Assembly: GCA_021802505.1 (NCBI GenBank) | Contig: JAJZXE010000003.1 | Location: 8,926 to 72,925 of the forward strand | Reading direction: 5' to 3' | DNA length: 64,000 bases | Origin: Nanobdellota archaeon | GTDB taxonomy: Archaea > Nanobdellota > Nanobdellia > Parvarchaeales > Parvarchaeaceae | Shown: piece by piece, positions 18,013-28,138 of the stretch | Layout of the letters: the number at the start of each line of letters is the position of its first letter | Position numbering within the stretch: position 1 is the stretch's first letter | Made by a program: the position numbers and the translations under genes | Notes under the pieces: generated by a model | Told to the model about the DNA's origin: nothing | Seen by the model: only the letters and a program-made list of their open reading frames with translations | Databases searched by the model: none

Positions 18013-18501
18013 ATGGAAAACATTGAAGAAATAAAAATAATCTGTCAAGACGGGGAAAATATAATACTGGGGCAGGCCCATTTCATAAAAACCGTAGAGG
18101 ATGTTTACGAGGCGTTGATAACTTCTTTTCCCGGAATAAAATTCGGTATAGCCTTTAATGAAGCTTCAGGCGACAGGTTAATCAGGACGGATGGAAATGA
18201 CGATGAATTAATTGAAAAAAGCGCAGAATACTCTGAAAAGATAGGTGCGGGCCATTCTTTTGTGATACTGTTAAAAAATGCCTATCCCATAAACATATTA
18301 AACAGGGTGAAACAGGTGATGGAAGTCGTTAATATCTATGTTGCAACCTCCAATTCAATAAAGGTTTTGGTGTATGATGACAATGAAGAAGGTAGAGCGA
18401 TAATCGGCGTGATAGACGGCAAAAAACCCTTAGGTAAGGAGAGTCGGCAGGATAAGGAAAAAAGACACAAATTCCTAAGAGACATAGGCTATAAAAGATA
18501 A
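18013..18501 (+). CDS. adenosine-specific kinase family protein (DUF355/PF04008-like)
   Basis: GQAHFIKTVEDVYEAL, FGIAFNEASG, GAGHSFVILLKNAYPINILN and a GYK C-terminus match my recollection of the PAE2307-type family. Confidence 0.7.
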   Translation: MENIEEIKIICQDGENIILGQAHFIKTVEDVYEALITSFPGIKFGIAFNEASGDRLIRTDGNDDELIEKSAEYSEKIGAGHSFVILLKNAYPINILNRVKQVMEVVNIYVATSNSIKVLVYDDNEEGRAIIGVIDGKKPLGKESRQDKEKRHKFLRDIGYKR

Positions 18502-18523
18502 AAACTTCTATTATTTGTAAAAA

Positions 18524-18595
18524 GTCAGGGTAGTATAACGGCATTACACCGCCCTCATGAGGCGGAAATTGTGGGTCCGAATCCCATCCCTGACA
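18524..18595 (+). tRNA. tRNA with CAU anticodon (elongator Met or Ile2)
   Basis: Acceptor GUCAGGG/CCCUGAC, anticodon arm CCGCC-CUCAUGA-GGCGG, T arm GUGGG-UCCGAAU-CCCAU. G1-C72 argues against an initiator. Confidence 0.85.
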
Positions 18596-18625
18596 GTTTT
18601 TATTTTGTTATTTTCTAATAATAGC

Positions 18626-19042
18626 ATGGAATACACATTCTTTTTTGGATTGATAACAGGTTTAGTGATAGTTTCAATAATCTCTTTTTTTATACTCAAG
18701 TACTTATTAAAGAAAAAGATAGAGCAATGGGAAAAATATGAGCTGTCAAAAGCATTGGAAAAGACCGTTAATATGCAAAGACCGATACTCAAGGGAAAAA
18801 TAAGCGAGCAACTTTTTCCAATTTTGTATGAAAAAGAGGGCAATTTATCCGATTTAAGATTTTTAGGCAATCCGATAGACTATATAAAATTTGAAGGGCT
18901 GTCAGACCTGCAAGAAAGCGGGAAAATAAAGATAAAATTCATAGAAATTAAAACAGGAAATGCCAAACTTAATAAGAATGAAGAAGCCGTTAAAAAAGCC
19001 GTAGAAGACAAAGAAGTTTATTGGGAAGAAATAACCATTTAA
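18626..19042 (+). CDS. membrane-anchored endonuclease related to archaeal Holliday junction resolvase (COG4741-like)
   Basis: Start moved to the in-frame ATG 18626 because the track start overlaps the tRNA. N-terminal TM helix, then LKGKISEQLFP, RFLGNPIDYIKFEG and FIEIKTG motifs. Confidence 0.6.
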   Translation: MEYTFFFGLITGLVIVSIISFFILKYLLKKKIEQWEKYELSKALEKTVNMQRPILKGKISEQLFPILYEKEGNLSDLRFLGNPIDYIKFEGLSDLQESGKIKIKFIEIKTGNAKLNKNEEAVKKAVEDKEVYWEEITI

Positions 19043-19111
19043 TAATAGTTATTTAAATTGATAATTTAACATTTATAAGAGTTTAAATTTTATGACATGT
19101 ATATTATATAG

Positions 19112-21163
19112 GTGGATATTAATAAATTTTTTGAGCCGGAAAGCATTGCAATAGTTGGCGCTTCGAGGGATCCGAATAAAGTCGGAAGCGCCGTTCTTAA
19201 GAATTTAATAATAACTTTCAGGGGGAAGATCTTTCCGATAAATCCGTTTGTTGATGAGCTACAGGGCTTAAAAGTCTATAAATCCGTATTAAACGTAAAA
19301 GAAAAGATTGATATAGCAGTGATATCCGTCCCTGCAGATCTTGTTTTGAATATCCTGCGGGAATGCGAAAGGGCAAAGATACCATTAGCGGTGATACTGA
19401 GTGCGGGATTTAACGAAATAGGAGGAGAAGGCACGAAGAGAGAAGAAGCAATCAAAAAATTTCTTGTAAAATCCAAAATAAGGATAATAGGTCCCAATTG
19501 CCTCGGGATAATAAACACGGATCCGCATTTTAATGCGACTTTTCTGGATCCGAATTCGAAGGTCGTAAAGGGATATGCAGGTTTTATCTCCCAGAGCGGT
19601 GCATTGTTGAGCGCAATAGTGGACGACGCTTCGATGAATAACATCGGCTTCAGCAAAATAATAAGCATAGGAAATGCGACTGATATAAGCGAGGCAGACG
19701 TCATAAATGCGTTTAAAACCGATGAGAAAACAAAGGTGCTTGCTCTTTATCTGGAAGGTCTGAACAACGGCGATGCTTTCCTTAAGGCAGGCATCTCCTT
19801 TTCACAGGAAAAACCCCTGCTTATTCTCAAAGGGGGCAAATTTCAGTCTAGTTCAACGGCTGTTTCTTCCCATACAGGTTCGATGGCAGGAAATTATAAG
19901 GCGTATGAGTTGGCATTTGACAGGATGGGCGCCATATCCGTGGATAACATCGACGATCTTTTTAATTTTATGAGAGACGCTCCGAATATAAAAATAAATT
20001 CGGATGAAGTGATAATAGTCACAAACGCAGGCGGTGCCGGAGTAGTTACAACAGACCACCTGGTAAGCAGCGGTTTAAGGCTTGCCAGTTTTAGCGATAA
20101 ACTTTTAAATGAGCTTGGAAAGACACTTCCGAAGGAAGCCAACATACACAATCCGGTTGATATGGTTGGGGATGCAACACCGGAAAGATACAGGGATACA
20201 TTGGAAATACTCGTACAGCAAAACAAGCCCATAATAATATTGTTTTCCCCGCAGGAGATGTCGCAGCCGCTTGAAACCGCCAAACAAATCTATGAAATAC
20301 ACGAAAAACATCCCACTGTTCCTTTCTTATCCGTATTTTTAGGAGGTGCGCGTGTTGATAAGGCAAGAAAATTCCTGCTCGAAAGAAACATGCCGATATA
20401 TGAATATCCGAATGAAGCGGTTTCAATGATAAAAGGGTTATACAGCTATTATTCCCATAGGACGCAGACTTTTAAGGCTATTTCAAAGGAAAAAACCAGA
20501 TACAGGGATTTCAGGCTGAAAGGCGACACGTTCGGGATATCTGCGAAAAGAATATTCGATTCAATAGGCATAAAAAGCGTTGAAGGCGCAATAGTCACTT
20601 CGCAGAAGGAACTGGATAAACTGTCGGATAAAATAGGTTATCCGTGCGTGCTTAAGATAGAATCCAATCTTCTGGCCCATAAAAACAAGGTCGGCGCAGT
20701 AATAATCGGGATAAAAGACAGGAAAGCATTGGATGATGCATTTGCGGGCCTGCTGAAAATCACGAAGGAGCAGAAGCTAAACAGGGCATCTTTTGGGCTA
20801 TATGAGGACGTTAATAAATTCGGAGAGAATAAACTGGAAATATTGTTAGGTGCGCATCGCGATCCGCAATTCGGCCCAATGATAGCGCTGGGTCTCGGGG
20901 GGATATTCGCCAACGAGCTTAATGACAGCATGTTCTTTTTATCGCCTATTTCAGACCAGAGTATAAACGAATTAAAGACATCAAGGTTAGGCAGAATAAT
21001 AACGCAGTTTACCTCCGAAAACATATTCGATGAGCTTATCTCGTATATGTTAAAACTTGATAAATTTATGAATGCAAACAGGAATGTGAAAGACGTAGAT
21101 CTTAATCCCATAATCATTGTGAATGATAAGCTGTTTGCAACGGATTTTAAAATATTCATTTAA
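19112..21163 (+). CDS. acetyl-CoA synthetase (ADP-forming), fused alpha/beta
   Basis: CoA-binding IAIVGASRDPNKVGS, GPNCLGI, phosphohistidine loop SSHTGSMAG, C-terminal ATP-grasp. GTG start. Confidence 0.85.
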   Translation: MDINKFFEPESIAIVGASRDPNKVGSAVLKNLIITFRGKIFPINPFVDELQGLKVYKSVLNVKEKIDIAVISVPADLVLNILRECERAKIPLAVILSAGFNEIGGEGTKREEAIKKFLVKSKIRIIGPNCLGIINTDPHFNATFLDPNSKVVKGYAGFISQSGALLSAIVDDASMNNIGFSKIISIGNATDISEADVINAFKTDEKTKVLALYLEGLNNGDAFLKAGISFSQEKPLLILKGGKFQSSSTAVSSHTGSMAGNYKAYELAFDRMGAISVDNIDDLFNFMRDAPNIKINSDEVIIVTNAGGAGVVTTDHLVSSGLRLASFSDKLLNELGKTLPKEANIHNPVDMVGDATPERYRDTLEILVQQNKPIIILFSPQEMSQPLETAKQIYEIHEKHPTVPFLSVFLGGARVDKARKFLLERNMPIYEYPNEAVSMIKGLYSYYSHRTQTFKAISKEKTRYRDFRLKGDTFGISAKRIFDSIGIKSVEGAIVTSQKELDKLSDKIGYPCVLKIESNLLAHKNKVGAVIIGIKDRKALDDAFAGLLKITKEQKLNRASFGLYEDVNKFGENKLEILLGAHRDPQFGPMIALGLGGIFANELNDSMFFLSPISDQSINELKTSRLGRIITQFTSENIFDELISYMLKLDKFMNANRNVKDVDLNPIIIVNDKLFATDFKIFI

Positions 21164-21213
21164 AAACCTTTCCAGTATTTAAACTATTTAAGCTAAAAAA
21201 GACACAGTAATTT

Positions 21214-21492
21214 ATGGTTTTAAAATTAAAAAGCATCGGTTCGACTTATGGTCTGAAGGTATACACCGATAATGGTACATATTTCGGAGAAATAGACGAA
21301 GCCATACTACAGGATAACAGGATAGTAAGCTGGAGGATAAGGGCCAGCTCCTCGTCTAACCTTTCAAAGATGATAAAAGGCGCAAGGGGTGCAATAATAC
21401 AGCACAGCCTGGTAAGAGCAATCGGGGACATATTCATAATCTCCAATATAGTAACTTCACAGTCCGAACCTGAAACCTCCAATACAGAATAA
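21214..21492 (+). CDS. PRC-barrel domain protein
   Basis: Small (92 aa). GLKVYTDNGTYFGEIDEAILQDNRIVSWRI fits the PRC-barrel pattern. Confidence 0.5.
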   Translation: MVLKLKSIGSTYGLKVYTDNGTYFGEIDEAILQDNRIVSWRIRASSSSNLSKMIKGARGAIIQHSLVRAIGDIFIISNIVTSQSEPETSNTE

Positions 21493-21546
21493 GTTTTTAA
21501 ACGCAGAAACACTTAACTTTAAGTTTTAGTAATAACTGGTATTATT

Positions 21547-23472
21547 ATGGATAATAATTTTAGTATATCATTTAAGACGACGGATGACATAAAGATACCT
21601 CCCAAGATAGTAGATCAGGTCATCGGTCAGGAACAGGCGGTTGAGATAATCAAAAAAGCAGCTACTCAGCGAAGAAATGTTCTTTTGGTCGGAGCACCAG
21701 GTACTGGTAAAAGCATGCTTGGGCAGGCGCTATCACAGCTTTTACCCGCCGAGAAACTGGTGGATATCCTTGCTTTTCCAAATCCTAAAGATGAAAACGA
21801 ACCTACGATAAAAACGGTTCCTGCCGGAGAGGGTAAAAGGATAGTCAATCAGGCAAAGGCAAGAAATATGTCTGCACTGGGCGGCGGCAACAACATGATA
21901 CTCTTCCTGGGTTTTATAGTTGCGTTTTTTATAGCAACCTATGTCGTAAGCATTGTTGTTTCTGATCAGAAAAACCCGATACTTGCCGCGGCCAATCAAA
22001 TCTCCGGGACATTGTTCATAATAACCATGCTTATAGGTTTCCTTTTTGTTCTTTTGATGTACAGGCTTGGCAGGACTTCTATGAGGACTACCGTGCCGGC
22101 TCCGAAACTTCTGCTTGATAACTCAGGTGCAAAATATGCCCCCTTTGTAGATGCGACCGGTGCGAAAGAAGGAGCATTACTGGGAGATGTGCAGCACGAT
22201 CCTTTCCAGTCGGGTGGATTAGGCACGCCGGCGCATGAACGCGTCGTTTTAGGAGACATTCATAAAGCAACGGGCGGTGTTCTGTTCATAGACGAAATCG
22301 CCAATCTTTCACCGGAGACGCAGATTCAGCTTCTTACGGCCATGCAGGAAAAGAAATTAAGTATCACCGGCAGAAGTGAAAGAAGTGCGGGCGCGATGGT
22401 AAAAACCAATCCAGTCCCCTGTGATTTCATACTTGTTGGTGCCGGTAACCCTAATACGCTGAGTGAGATGAGCCCTGCTTTAAGATCCAGAATAAGGGGT
22501 TACGGTTACGAGATTTATATGAATGAGACAATGCCGGATACGGTTGAAAACAGGGATAAAATCGCAAGATTCGTTGCCCAGGAAATAAGCAAAGACACAA
22601 AGATACCTCCGTTTTCAAAGGATGCTGTCATAGAGATAGTAAATGAAGCTAGAAGAAAATCAAACAGGAAAGAGTCGCTTACTTTAAAGCTTAGGGAACT
22701 TGGTGGTATAATTAGGGTTGCAGGAGATCTCGCGGTTGAAAATAAGCATTCCGTCGTTACCAGAGATGATGTAATCAAATCTAAAGGCTATGCCGGCTCA
22801 TTTGAGCAGCAGATTGCCTCCAGATACATAAAAGAAAAGAAGGATTATGACGTTATACAGGTCAGCGGTTCAAGGATAGGAAGGGTCAACGGATTAGCAG
22901 TAATAGAAAATTCGGATTCCGGTTTAATGCTGCCTATAGAGGCAATAGTCACGAAAACCATGAGAAAAGGTGCGGGTGAGATTATCGCTACGGGTAAATT
23001 GGGGGAAATAGCGCAGGAGGCGGTAAAAAACGTCTCGGCTATCATTAAATTATACGCGAATAAGCCCCTGACAGACTATGATATACACATACAGTTCCTT
23101 CAGGCTTATTCGGGTGTAGAAGGAGACAGTGCTAGTGTGAGCGTTGCGATAAGCATTCTGTCAGCATTAACGAACATACCGATAAAACAATCAGTCGCGA
23201 TGACAGGCTCTCTTTCTATATGGGGAGAAGTCCTGCCGGTGGGAGGAGTTTCAGCCAAGGTCGAGGCGGCCATTAATGCCGGCATAAAAGAAGTGATAAT
23301 CCCCGCTTCAAATATGGATGATTTAGTCATCTCCGATCCCAAGAAAATAACAGTAATATCCGCGAATTCCGTGGCGGATGTTATAGAGCATGCAATGGTT
23401 AACAACAGACAAAAAACAAAATTACTAAATACTATAAAGAAATCGCTGAAAATAAAATATGCCAAAAAGTAA
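21547..23472 (+). CDS. lonB: archaeal membrane-bound ATP-dependent Lon protease (LonB)
   Basis: Walker A GAPGTGKS. Two TM helices are inserted in the AAA+ module. Walker B VLFIDEI. Protease domain with GDSASVS. Confidence 0.9.
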   Translation: MDNNFSISFKTTDDIKIPPKIVDQVIGQEQAVEIIKKAATQRRNVLLVGAPGTGKSMLGQALSQLLPAEKLVDILAFPNPKDENEPTIKTVPAGEGKRIVNQAKARNMSALGGGNNMILFLGFIVAFFIATYVVSIVVSDQKNPILAAANQISGTLFIITMLIGFLFVLLMYRLGRTSMRTTVPAPKLLLDNSGAKYAPFVDATGAKEGALLGDVQHDPFQSGGLGTPAHERVVLGDIHKATGGVLFIDEIANLSPETQIQLLTAMQEKKLSITGRSERSAGAMVKTNPVPCDFILVGAGNPNTLSEMSPALRSRIRGYGYEIYMNETMPDTVENRDKIARFVAQEISKDTKIPPFSKDAVIEIVNEARRKSNRKESLTLKLRELGGIIRVAGDLAVENKHSVVTRDDVIKSKGYAGSFEQQIASRYIKEKKDYDVIQVSGSRIGRVNGLAVIENSDSGLMLPIEAIVTKTMRKGAGEIIATGKLGEIAQEAVKNVSAIIKLYANKPLTDYDIHIQFLQAYSGVEGDSASVSVAISILSALTNIPIKQSVAMTGSLSIWGEVLPVGGVSAKVEAAINAGIKEVIIPASNMDDLVISDPKKITVISANSVADVIEHAMVNNRQKTKLLNTIKKSLKIKYAKK

Positions 23473-24151
23473 GGTTTTTTCCCATGTTTTCGACGAGGAA
23501 ACCCTTAAAAATGTTAATAAACTACAGGGAGACGGTTATATCGGAAATTTACTCGGGCCGATAGGTACCGGAAAAGAGTCATATGTTTTCTACAGCGAGA
23601 ATTTTAAGGGCAGAGTAGTTGCGGTCAAGATACACCGGCACAATATAGACACTTTTAAGGCAATACCCTCTTATATACGGTTAAGAGGAAAAAACACCGG
23701 CGGGTTCATTAAAAAAATAAATGATTGGACAAGGTTTGAATATAATTTTTTATCGAAGGCCTTTAATATCGGGATAAATGTACCGGAACCCATCCGCTGC
23801 TATGAAAATATAATAGTAATGGAATTCATAGGAGCAGAGGGGCGGCCGGCTCAGCCCGCAATAAAAGACAGTGATTTTGACAGCAACGAGTGGTACCCTC
23901 AAATAATCGATTATATAATAAAAATGGGAAGGAATAATTTGATACACGGCGATTTAAGCCCGTATAATATATTGAATTATAACGGAAAACCGTTCATTAT
24001 CGATTTTTCCCAGGGGCTTAAGCTTTCCAGCCTGACTAAAAGTTTTTTAGTAAGGGATATAGACAATATAAACAAGTGGTTTTTGTCTCTGGGTTATAAA
24101 AAAATCAAAGAATCACAGGAGATAATAAGAGACATCGACGAAAATCTATGA
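23459..24151 (+). CDS. RIO-type serine/threonine protein kinase
   Basis: [20 protein letters not shown] and [10 protein letters not shown] motifs. Overlaps lonB by 14 nt. Confidence 0.8.
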   Translation: MPKSKVFSHVFDEETLKNVNKLQGDGYIGNLLGPIGTGKESYVFYSENFKGRVVAVKIHRHNIDTFKAIPSYIRLRGKNTGGFIKKINDWTRFEYNFLSKAFNIGINVPEPIRCYENIIVMEFIGAEGRPAQPAIKDSDFDSNEWYPQIIDYIIKMGRNNLIHGDLSPYNILNYNGKPFIIDFSQGLKLSSLTKSFLVRDIDNINKWFLSLGYKKIKESQEIIRDIDENL

Positions 24152-24459
24152 AAACCGAGGATAAGGTTTACAGTTTGCTGACTAAAATACCAAAGGGAAA
24201 AGCAACTACCTATGGAGCTATAGCAAAAACGCTTAACATAAATCCAAGACTCGTCGGCGGCATACTGAGCAGAAACAGGCACCCTGATAAATATCCCTGC
24301 TATAAAGTCATTAGATCTGACAGAAGTTTGGGCGGTTATACTGTAAACGGGAAAAACAATGAAAAAACCTTAAAAATTAAGGTTAGAAAATTGAAAGCCG
24401 ACGGTGTAAAAATAGATGAATCCGGCAGGGTGGATAAGCACTGCATTTTTTATGGCTAA
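24148..24459 (+). CDS. MGMT-family DNA-binding domain protein (alkyltransferase C-terminal domain only)
   Basis: 103 aa. TYGAIAK...NPRLVGGIL...PCYKVIRSD aligns to the PCHRV active-site region, with Cys kept and His changed to Tyr. Confidence 0.7.
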   Translation: MKTEDKVYSLLTKIPKGKATTYGAIAKTLNINPRLVGGILSRNRHPDKYPCYKVIRSDRSLGGYTVNGKNNEKTLKIKVRKLKADGVKIDESGRVDKHCIFYG

Positions 24460-24615
24460 TTTCGATATTTTGTTCTTACCTTTAAATGTATTCCATTGGC
24501 TTTTGCTACTGTGAATTAGGTATCGTTCTGGATTAAAATCGGAATAAATTGTTGAAATGGAACGTCTTAAAACTCGAATAGTATAGTATGTAAGATTTAA
24601 ATAATCTCAAATATT

Positions 24616-25899
24616 ATGAATATCATGGATGTGGAGCTTTTAAAAGTCATAATAGAAGAGCAAAGAGAAAAGATCGAAAAACTGGTAAGAAACGAAAACA
24701 TAATAGAAAGAGAATTGAAGGTGAATGGATTGATAAAAAATCCAAATTCACTGGTAATATTGGGCGTTAGACGGGCTGGCAAATCGATACTTTCGATACA
24801 GACCTTCTATGGCAGAAGATTTGCTTATATAAATTTTGATGATGAGCGGCTTATAGATTTAAACACACAGGATCTTAACAAAATATTACAGGTCTTTTAT
24901 GAATTATACGGACCAAATGTAGATAATTTAATTTTTGATGAAATACAAAATATACGTGGTTGGGAATTGTTTATAACACGGTTAAGAGACACCAATAAAG
25001 TTATAGTAACCGGGTCGAATTCCAATCTTTTGGGAGGAGAACTGGCTACTCGTCTTACGGGCAGGCACATAGATGTCACGCTTTTTCCATTCAGTTTCAA
25101 AGAGTTTTTGAAATACAAAAACTTTGAAGTCAAAGGCGCATTGACTACAAGGGAAAAAGCACAATATATTTCTCTGTTTAGAGACTATCTAAAAAACGGG
25201 GGGTTTCCAGAAGCGGTAAAATCCGGCAAAGAAATTATTACAAGCATATACAACGATATATTAAGCAAAGATATAATAACCCGGCACAAAATAAAGAAAG
25301 GAGAAGATCTGAGAAAGATAGCAAAGTATCTGATTTCAAATTCGGCGAACGAGTTTACCTTTGAATCGTTAAGGGGGTTAAGTGAAACGACCAGTCTAAT
25401 AACCATATCAAATTGGGTTAGATACCTGGAGGAGGCATATCTTGTATTTCGGCTTGAAAGGTTTTCGTTTAAATTGAAACAGACGTTTAAAGCGCCTAAA
25501 AAAATATATTGTATTGATAATGCGATTATAAACAGCATAGGCATCAAACTATCCGAGGATTTTGGTGGTTTGATGGAGAATCTGGTTGCAATAGAATTAT
25601 TCAGACAGAAAAGTTATAATAGATACCAGCAAGAAATATACTATTGGAAGGACTATCAGCAACACGAAGTGGATTTCTTAATCAAAGAACATTTCAAAGT
25701 AACCCAAATAATACAGGTGACGTACGCATCTTCCATGGAATTTATAAAGCCGCGAGAAATAAATAATCTTTTATTTGCATCCAAAGACCTTCACTGCAAC
25801 AATCTTTTAGTCATAACCTGGGACTATGAAGCTCAGGAAAAAATAGAAGGCAAGACGATAAAGTTCATCCCTTTGTGGAAATGGCTTCTTAAGGTTTAG
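24616..25899 (+). CDS. AAA+ ATPase with DUF4143 (COG1373 family)
   Basis: Walker A GVRRAGKS and Walker B LIFDEIQ. The C-terminal half is typical of COG1373. Confidence 0.8.
   Translation: MNIMDVELLKVIIEEQREKIEKLVRNENIIERELKVNGLIKNPNSLVILGVRRAGKSILSIQTFYGRRFAYINFDDERLIDLNTQDLNKILQVFYELYGPNVDNLIFDEIQNIRGWELFITRLRDTNKVIVTGSNSNLLGGELATRLTGRHIDVTLFPFSFKEFLKYKNFEVKGALTTREKAQYISLFRDYLKNGGFPEAVKSGKEIITSIYNDILSKDIITRHKIKKGEDLRKIAKYLISNSANEFTFESLRGLSETTSLITISNWVRYLEEAYLVFRLERFSFKLKQTFKAPKKIYCIDNAIINSIGIKLSEDFGGLMENLVAIELFRQKSYNRYQQEIYYWKDYQQHEVDFLIKEHFKVTQIIQVTYASSMEFIKPREINNLLFASKDLHCNNLLVITWDYEAQEKIEGKTIKFIPLWKWLLKV
25789..25871. repeat. 83-bp direct repeat, copy A (inside the 3' end of the ATPase gene)
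   Basis: 79 of 83 nt identical to 29574-29656 by hand alignment. Confidence 0.85.
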
Positions 25900-26025
25900 C
25901 TTTCTGCCTGTAGATTGCAACCTTTGCGTATCTATTGATATTATATTTCTGTTCTTCTTTCTTCCACTGTTTTTACGCTTTCCATCCTCGGAGTTGCGAT
26001 TTAAGACTTGCCGGCGCCTTTTCGT

Positions 26026-26039
26026 AAAGTATTTATTTA
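26026..26039 (+). promoter_or_regulatory. BRE/TATA-like box of the DUF2341 pilin-like gene
   Basis: AAAGTATTTATTTA. The same 11-mer occurs at 457-467. Confidence 0.45.
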
Positions 26040-26063
26040 CTCTCTCTCTCTCTCTCTCTCTCT
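26040..26063. repeat. (CT)12 dinucleotide microsatellite between TATA box and start codon
   Basis: Perfect CTCT... tract of 24 nt, followed by TAT and ATG 26067. Confidence 0.95.
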
Positions 26064-26066
26064 TAT

Positions 26067-27479
26067 ATGAGATTGACGCATAAATCGCAATCAGCATTAG
26101 AATACATGATGACCTACGGCTGGGCCATTCTGATCATAGTCATCGTAGCGGTAATCCTGTACAGCATGGGTATATTCAATCCTTCAAGCAGTGTAACTTT
26201 TACATCAAGCGGTTTCAGTCCATTCATAATATCCTCTGCTTTATGCAACAACCTGGGTTTAAACCTGGCAGTAGAAGCAGGTCCTATCCCGAACAATGCA
26301 CCGTATCTGCAGATAAAGAAGGTCTTTGTAACCTCTTCTTCAGCCGTAAACACAACAACGGCTAGTTATTCCCTTCCTTCTCCTATAACATTGAAATCAG
26401 GACAGACTGCAAATATATTAGTCCCGGATATTGCCTGTAACACGGCAAAAAGCAGGTATACAATCGCAGCAAATCTCCAGTATTACTACTCGGCAGCGGG
26501 CCTGGCGGTAAATACCAATACAACGGGCACAATAGCCGGAACATCGATATCCGGAAAACCCTCTGTAATAACATCCTATGTACCGGTGAGCATAACCAAT
26601 ACTCAGTCCTCATCAATCCCTCAGCCCTTCCAGCAGATGGTTAACATAACATCCTTAGACTCAGGTTGGACAGATATCGCATCCTCTCCCTTCGGCCAGA
26701 ACGTGGAGTTCTTTTACTACAACGGCACGATAATCCCCAGCTGGCTGGAAAACTACACCTCAAATCATGCGTTGTACTGGATAAAGACGGAGAGTATACC
26801 CGCTTCCTCATCAATAACGGTCTACATGGGCTTCGCTCCCACTTCGACAAATCTTTTTAACACTGTGAATGTAGGAGAGGCACCACAGCTTTCGGCAACA
26901 TACGGACAATACGATGACGGGGCGAACGTGTTCAATTTCTATGATAATTTCGCTGGAACTTCGCTGCCAAGCGGATGGGCTGTTTATAGTGGCGGTGGCT
27001 CATACTCTGTTAACAACGGATTAATAGTCACTTCAACAAGTAGTTCATCGACTGAAAGCATAGAATCCCCTACATTTAATTCAAATCCAGGTATAGTTGA
27101 ATGGCTTAGTGCGCCATTTATAAATAGCGTAAGCGGTGATCTACAGGAAGGGATGGGCCCTTTTAATTGTCCAGATCCAGGTAGGTTCTTTTATGATTTA
27201 TCACCATCGTCTGCAGAGATTTTTACTGGCGGCAGCGTTAATCTTCAGAATAATATAAATAATAACATATTCGGTTACGTTTTCAATGGCACAAACTCAA
27301 CTTTCTCTTTTAATTATAAAACTGTCGATGTGACCCCTGCAGGAAATCCTTATCCAGATGTCTTCTGTGATGGCAACCAAAACACCGGTACATCAATGCC
27401 GATGTTAATGTGGTTCCGTGTACGTGCATATCCTCCCGCAGGCGTAATGCCTTCCGTGACTTTCGGGAGCGTTTCTTAA
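26067..27479 (+). CDS. class III signal peptide (archaeal type IV pilin-like) protein with DUF2341/LamG-like domain
   Basis: MRLTHKS/QSALEYMMTYGWAILIIVIVAVILY is the common archaeal pilin N-terminus. ALYWIKTESIPASSSITVYMGF and NVFNFYDNFAG are typical of DUF2341. Confidence 0.85.
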   Translation: MRLTHKSQSALEYMMTYGWAILIIVIVAVILYSMGIFNPSSSVTFTSSGFSPFIISSALCNNLGLNLAVEAGPIPNNAPYLQIKKVFVTSSSAVNTTTASYSLPSPITLKSGQTANILVPDIACNTAKSRYTIAANLQYYYSAAGLAVNTNTTGTIAGTSISGKPSVITSYVPVSITNTQSSSIPQPFQQMVNITSLDSGWTDIASSPFGQNVEFFYYNGTIIPSWLENYTSNHALYWIKTESIPASSSITVYMGFAPTSTNLFNTVNVGEAPQLSATYGQYDDGANVFNFYDNFAGTSLPSGWAVYSGGGSYSVNNGLIVTSTSSSSTESIESPTFNSNPGIVEWLSAPFINSVSGDLQEGMGPFNCPDPGRFFYDLSPSSAEIFTGGSVNLQNNINNNIFGYVFNGTNSTFSFNYKTVDVTPAGNPYPDVFCDGNQNTGTSMPMLMWFRVRAYPPAGVMPSVTFGSVS

Positions 27480-27507
27480 GATCCATAGTTATTATCTGAC
27501 GTTACCC

Positions 27508-28036
27508 TTACAGCTCAGTTTTAGAACACTTCAAGCTTCTCCGCATCGGCATATTCCTAAGATAGGTCTCTGCACTCTCCAGCTTCTTGAAGTCGGCGAT
27601 GGACTTGACCAACATCATCCTGTCTTTTTCCTGATGTTTCGGCTTTCTTGAGTGGGCCAAAGACGATAGTCTGGCATGCCTGAGCAGACGAGGATTGAAG
27701 CCAGCGTGCCTAAGGACATAGGCATAGACTCTATGCCGCATCTTGTTGTCGATGAAAGGTACTGTTTTAATCTCAGTCTTTACCTCTCCGGAAGCACCCT
27801 TCTTTTTGATGATTACTTTTCGGGTCGTTTCAAGCAGCCCCGAATCGTCAAAGATGTAGGTGTCCGAGGATAGATCTAACTTCATCAATATTGCTAAATT
27901 TGGTGGCTTTCCCCTTGACTTGGGATCCAAAGATTATAACGGCGAGCACGTTTTCGTATCTCTTTATTTTACCCAGCGTTTTTTTCAGGTTGTATTCCAA
28001 ATCTAACCGCTCTATAACCGCTTCATCGCTTTTCAT
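27508..28036 (-). pseudogene. frameshifted remnant, tyrosine-recombinase-like (alternative reading: minimal nucleotidyltransferase N-terminus)
   Basis: Two overlapping minus-strand ORFs in different frames (27848-28036 and 27508-27930). KKKGASGEVKTEIKTVPF, LLRHARLSSLA and ETYLR loosely fit integrase boxes. FGSQVKGKATKFSNID could instead be a GS-x-SDID nucleotidyltransferase motif. Confidence 0.35.
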
Positions 28037-28138
28037 GGCTTTAAATCACAGCTATAATAGAAATAGTTCTCTATTATATACATCGTTAATGTCTAGGGAC
28101 AACTTTAAATGATATTGACAGTGCAAGTTATGTTAAAG

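Noticed and set aside
18544-18870. 108-aa minus ORF, and the first 23 codons of the plus ORF 18557-19042
   Set aside because: Both overlap the tRNA(CAU) gene. The plus-strand protein has a sensible in-frame ATG at 18626, just before its TM helix.
25807-26097. 96-aa minus-strand ORF containing RERERER
   Set aside because: The RE repeat is just the (CT)12 tract read on the other strand. The ORF spans an intergenic promoter region and overlaps the start of the 26067 gene.
27848-28036. Reading of the 62-aa ORF as the MNT antitoxin of a HEPN/MNT pair
   Set aside because: It is truncated right after the putative GS...ID motif, and there is no HEPN partner adjacent. The overlapping downstream frame looks recombinase-like. 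I kept it only as an alternative within the pseudogene call.
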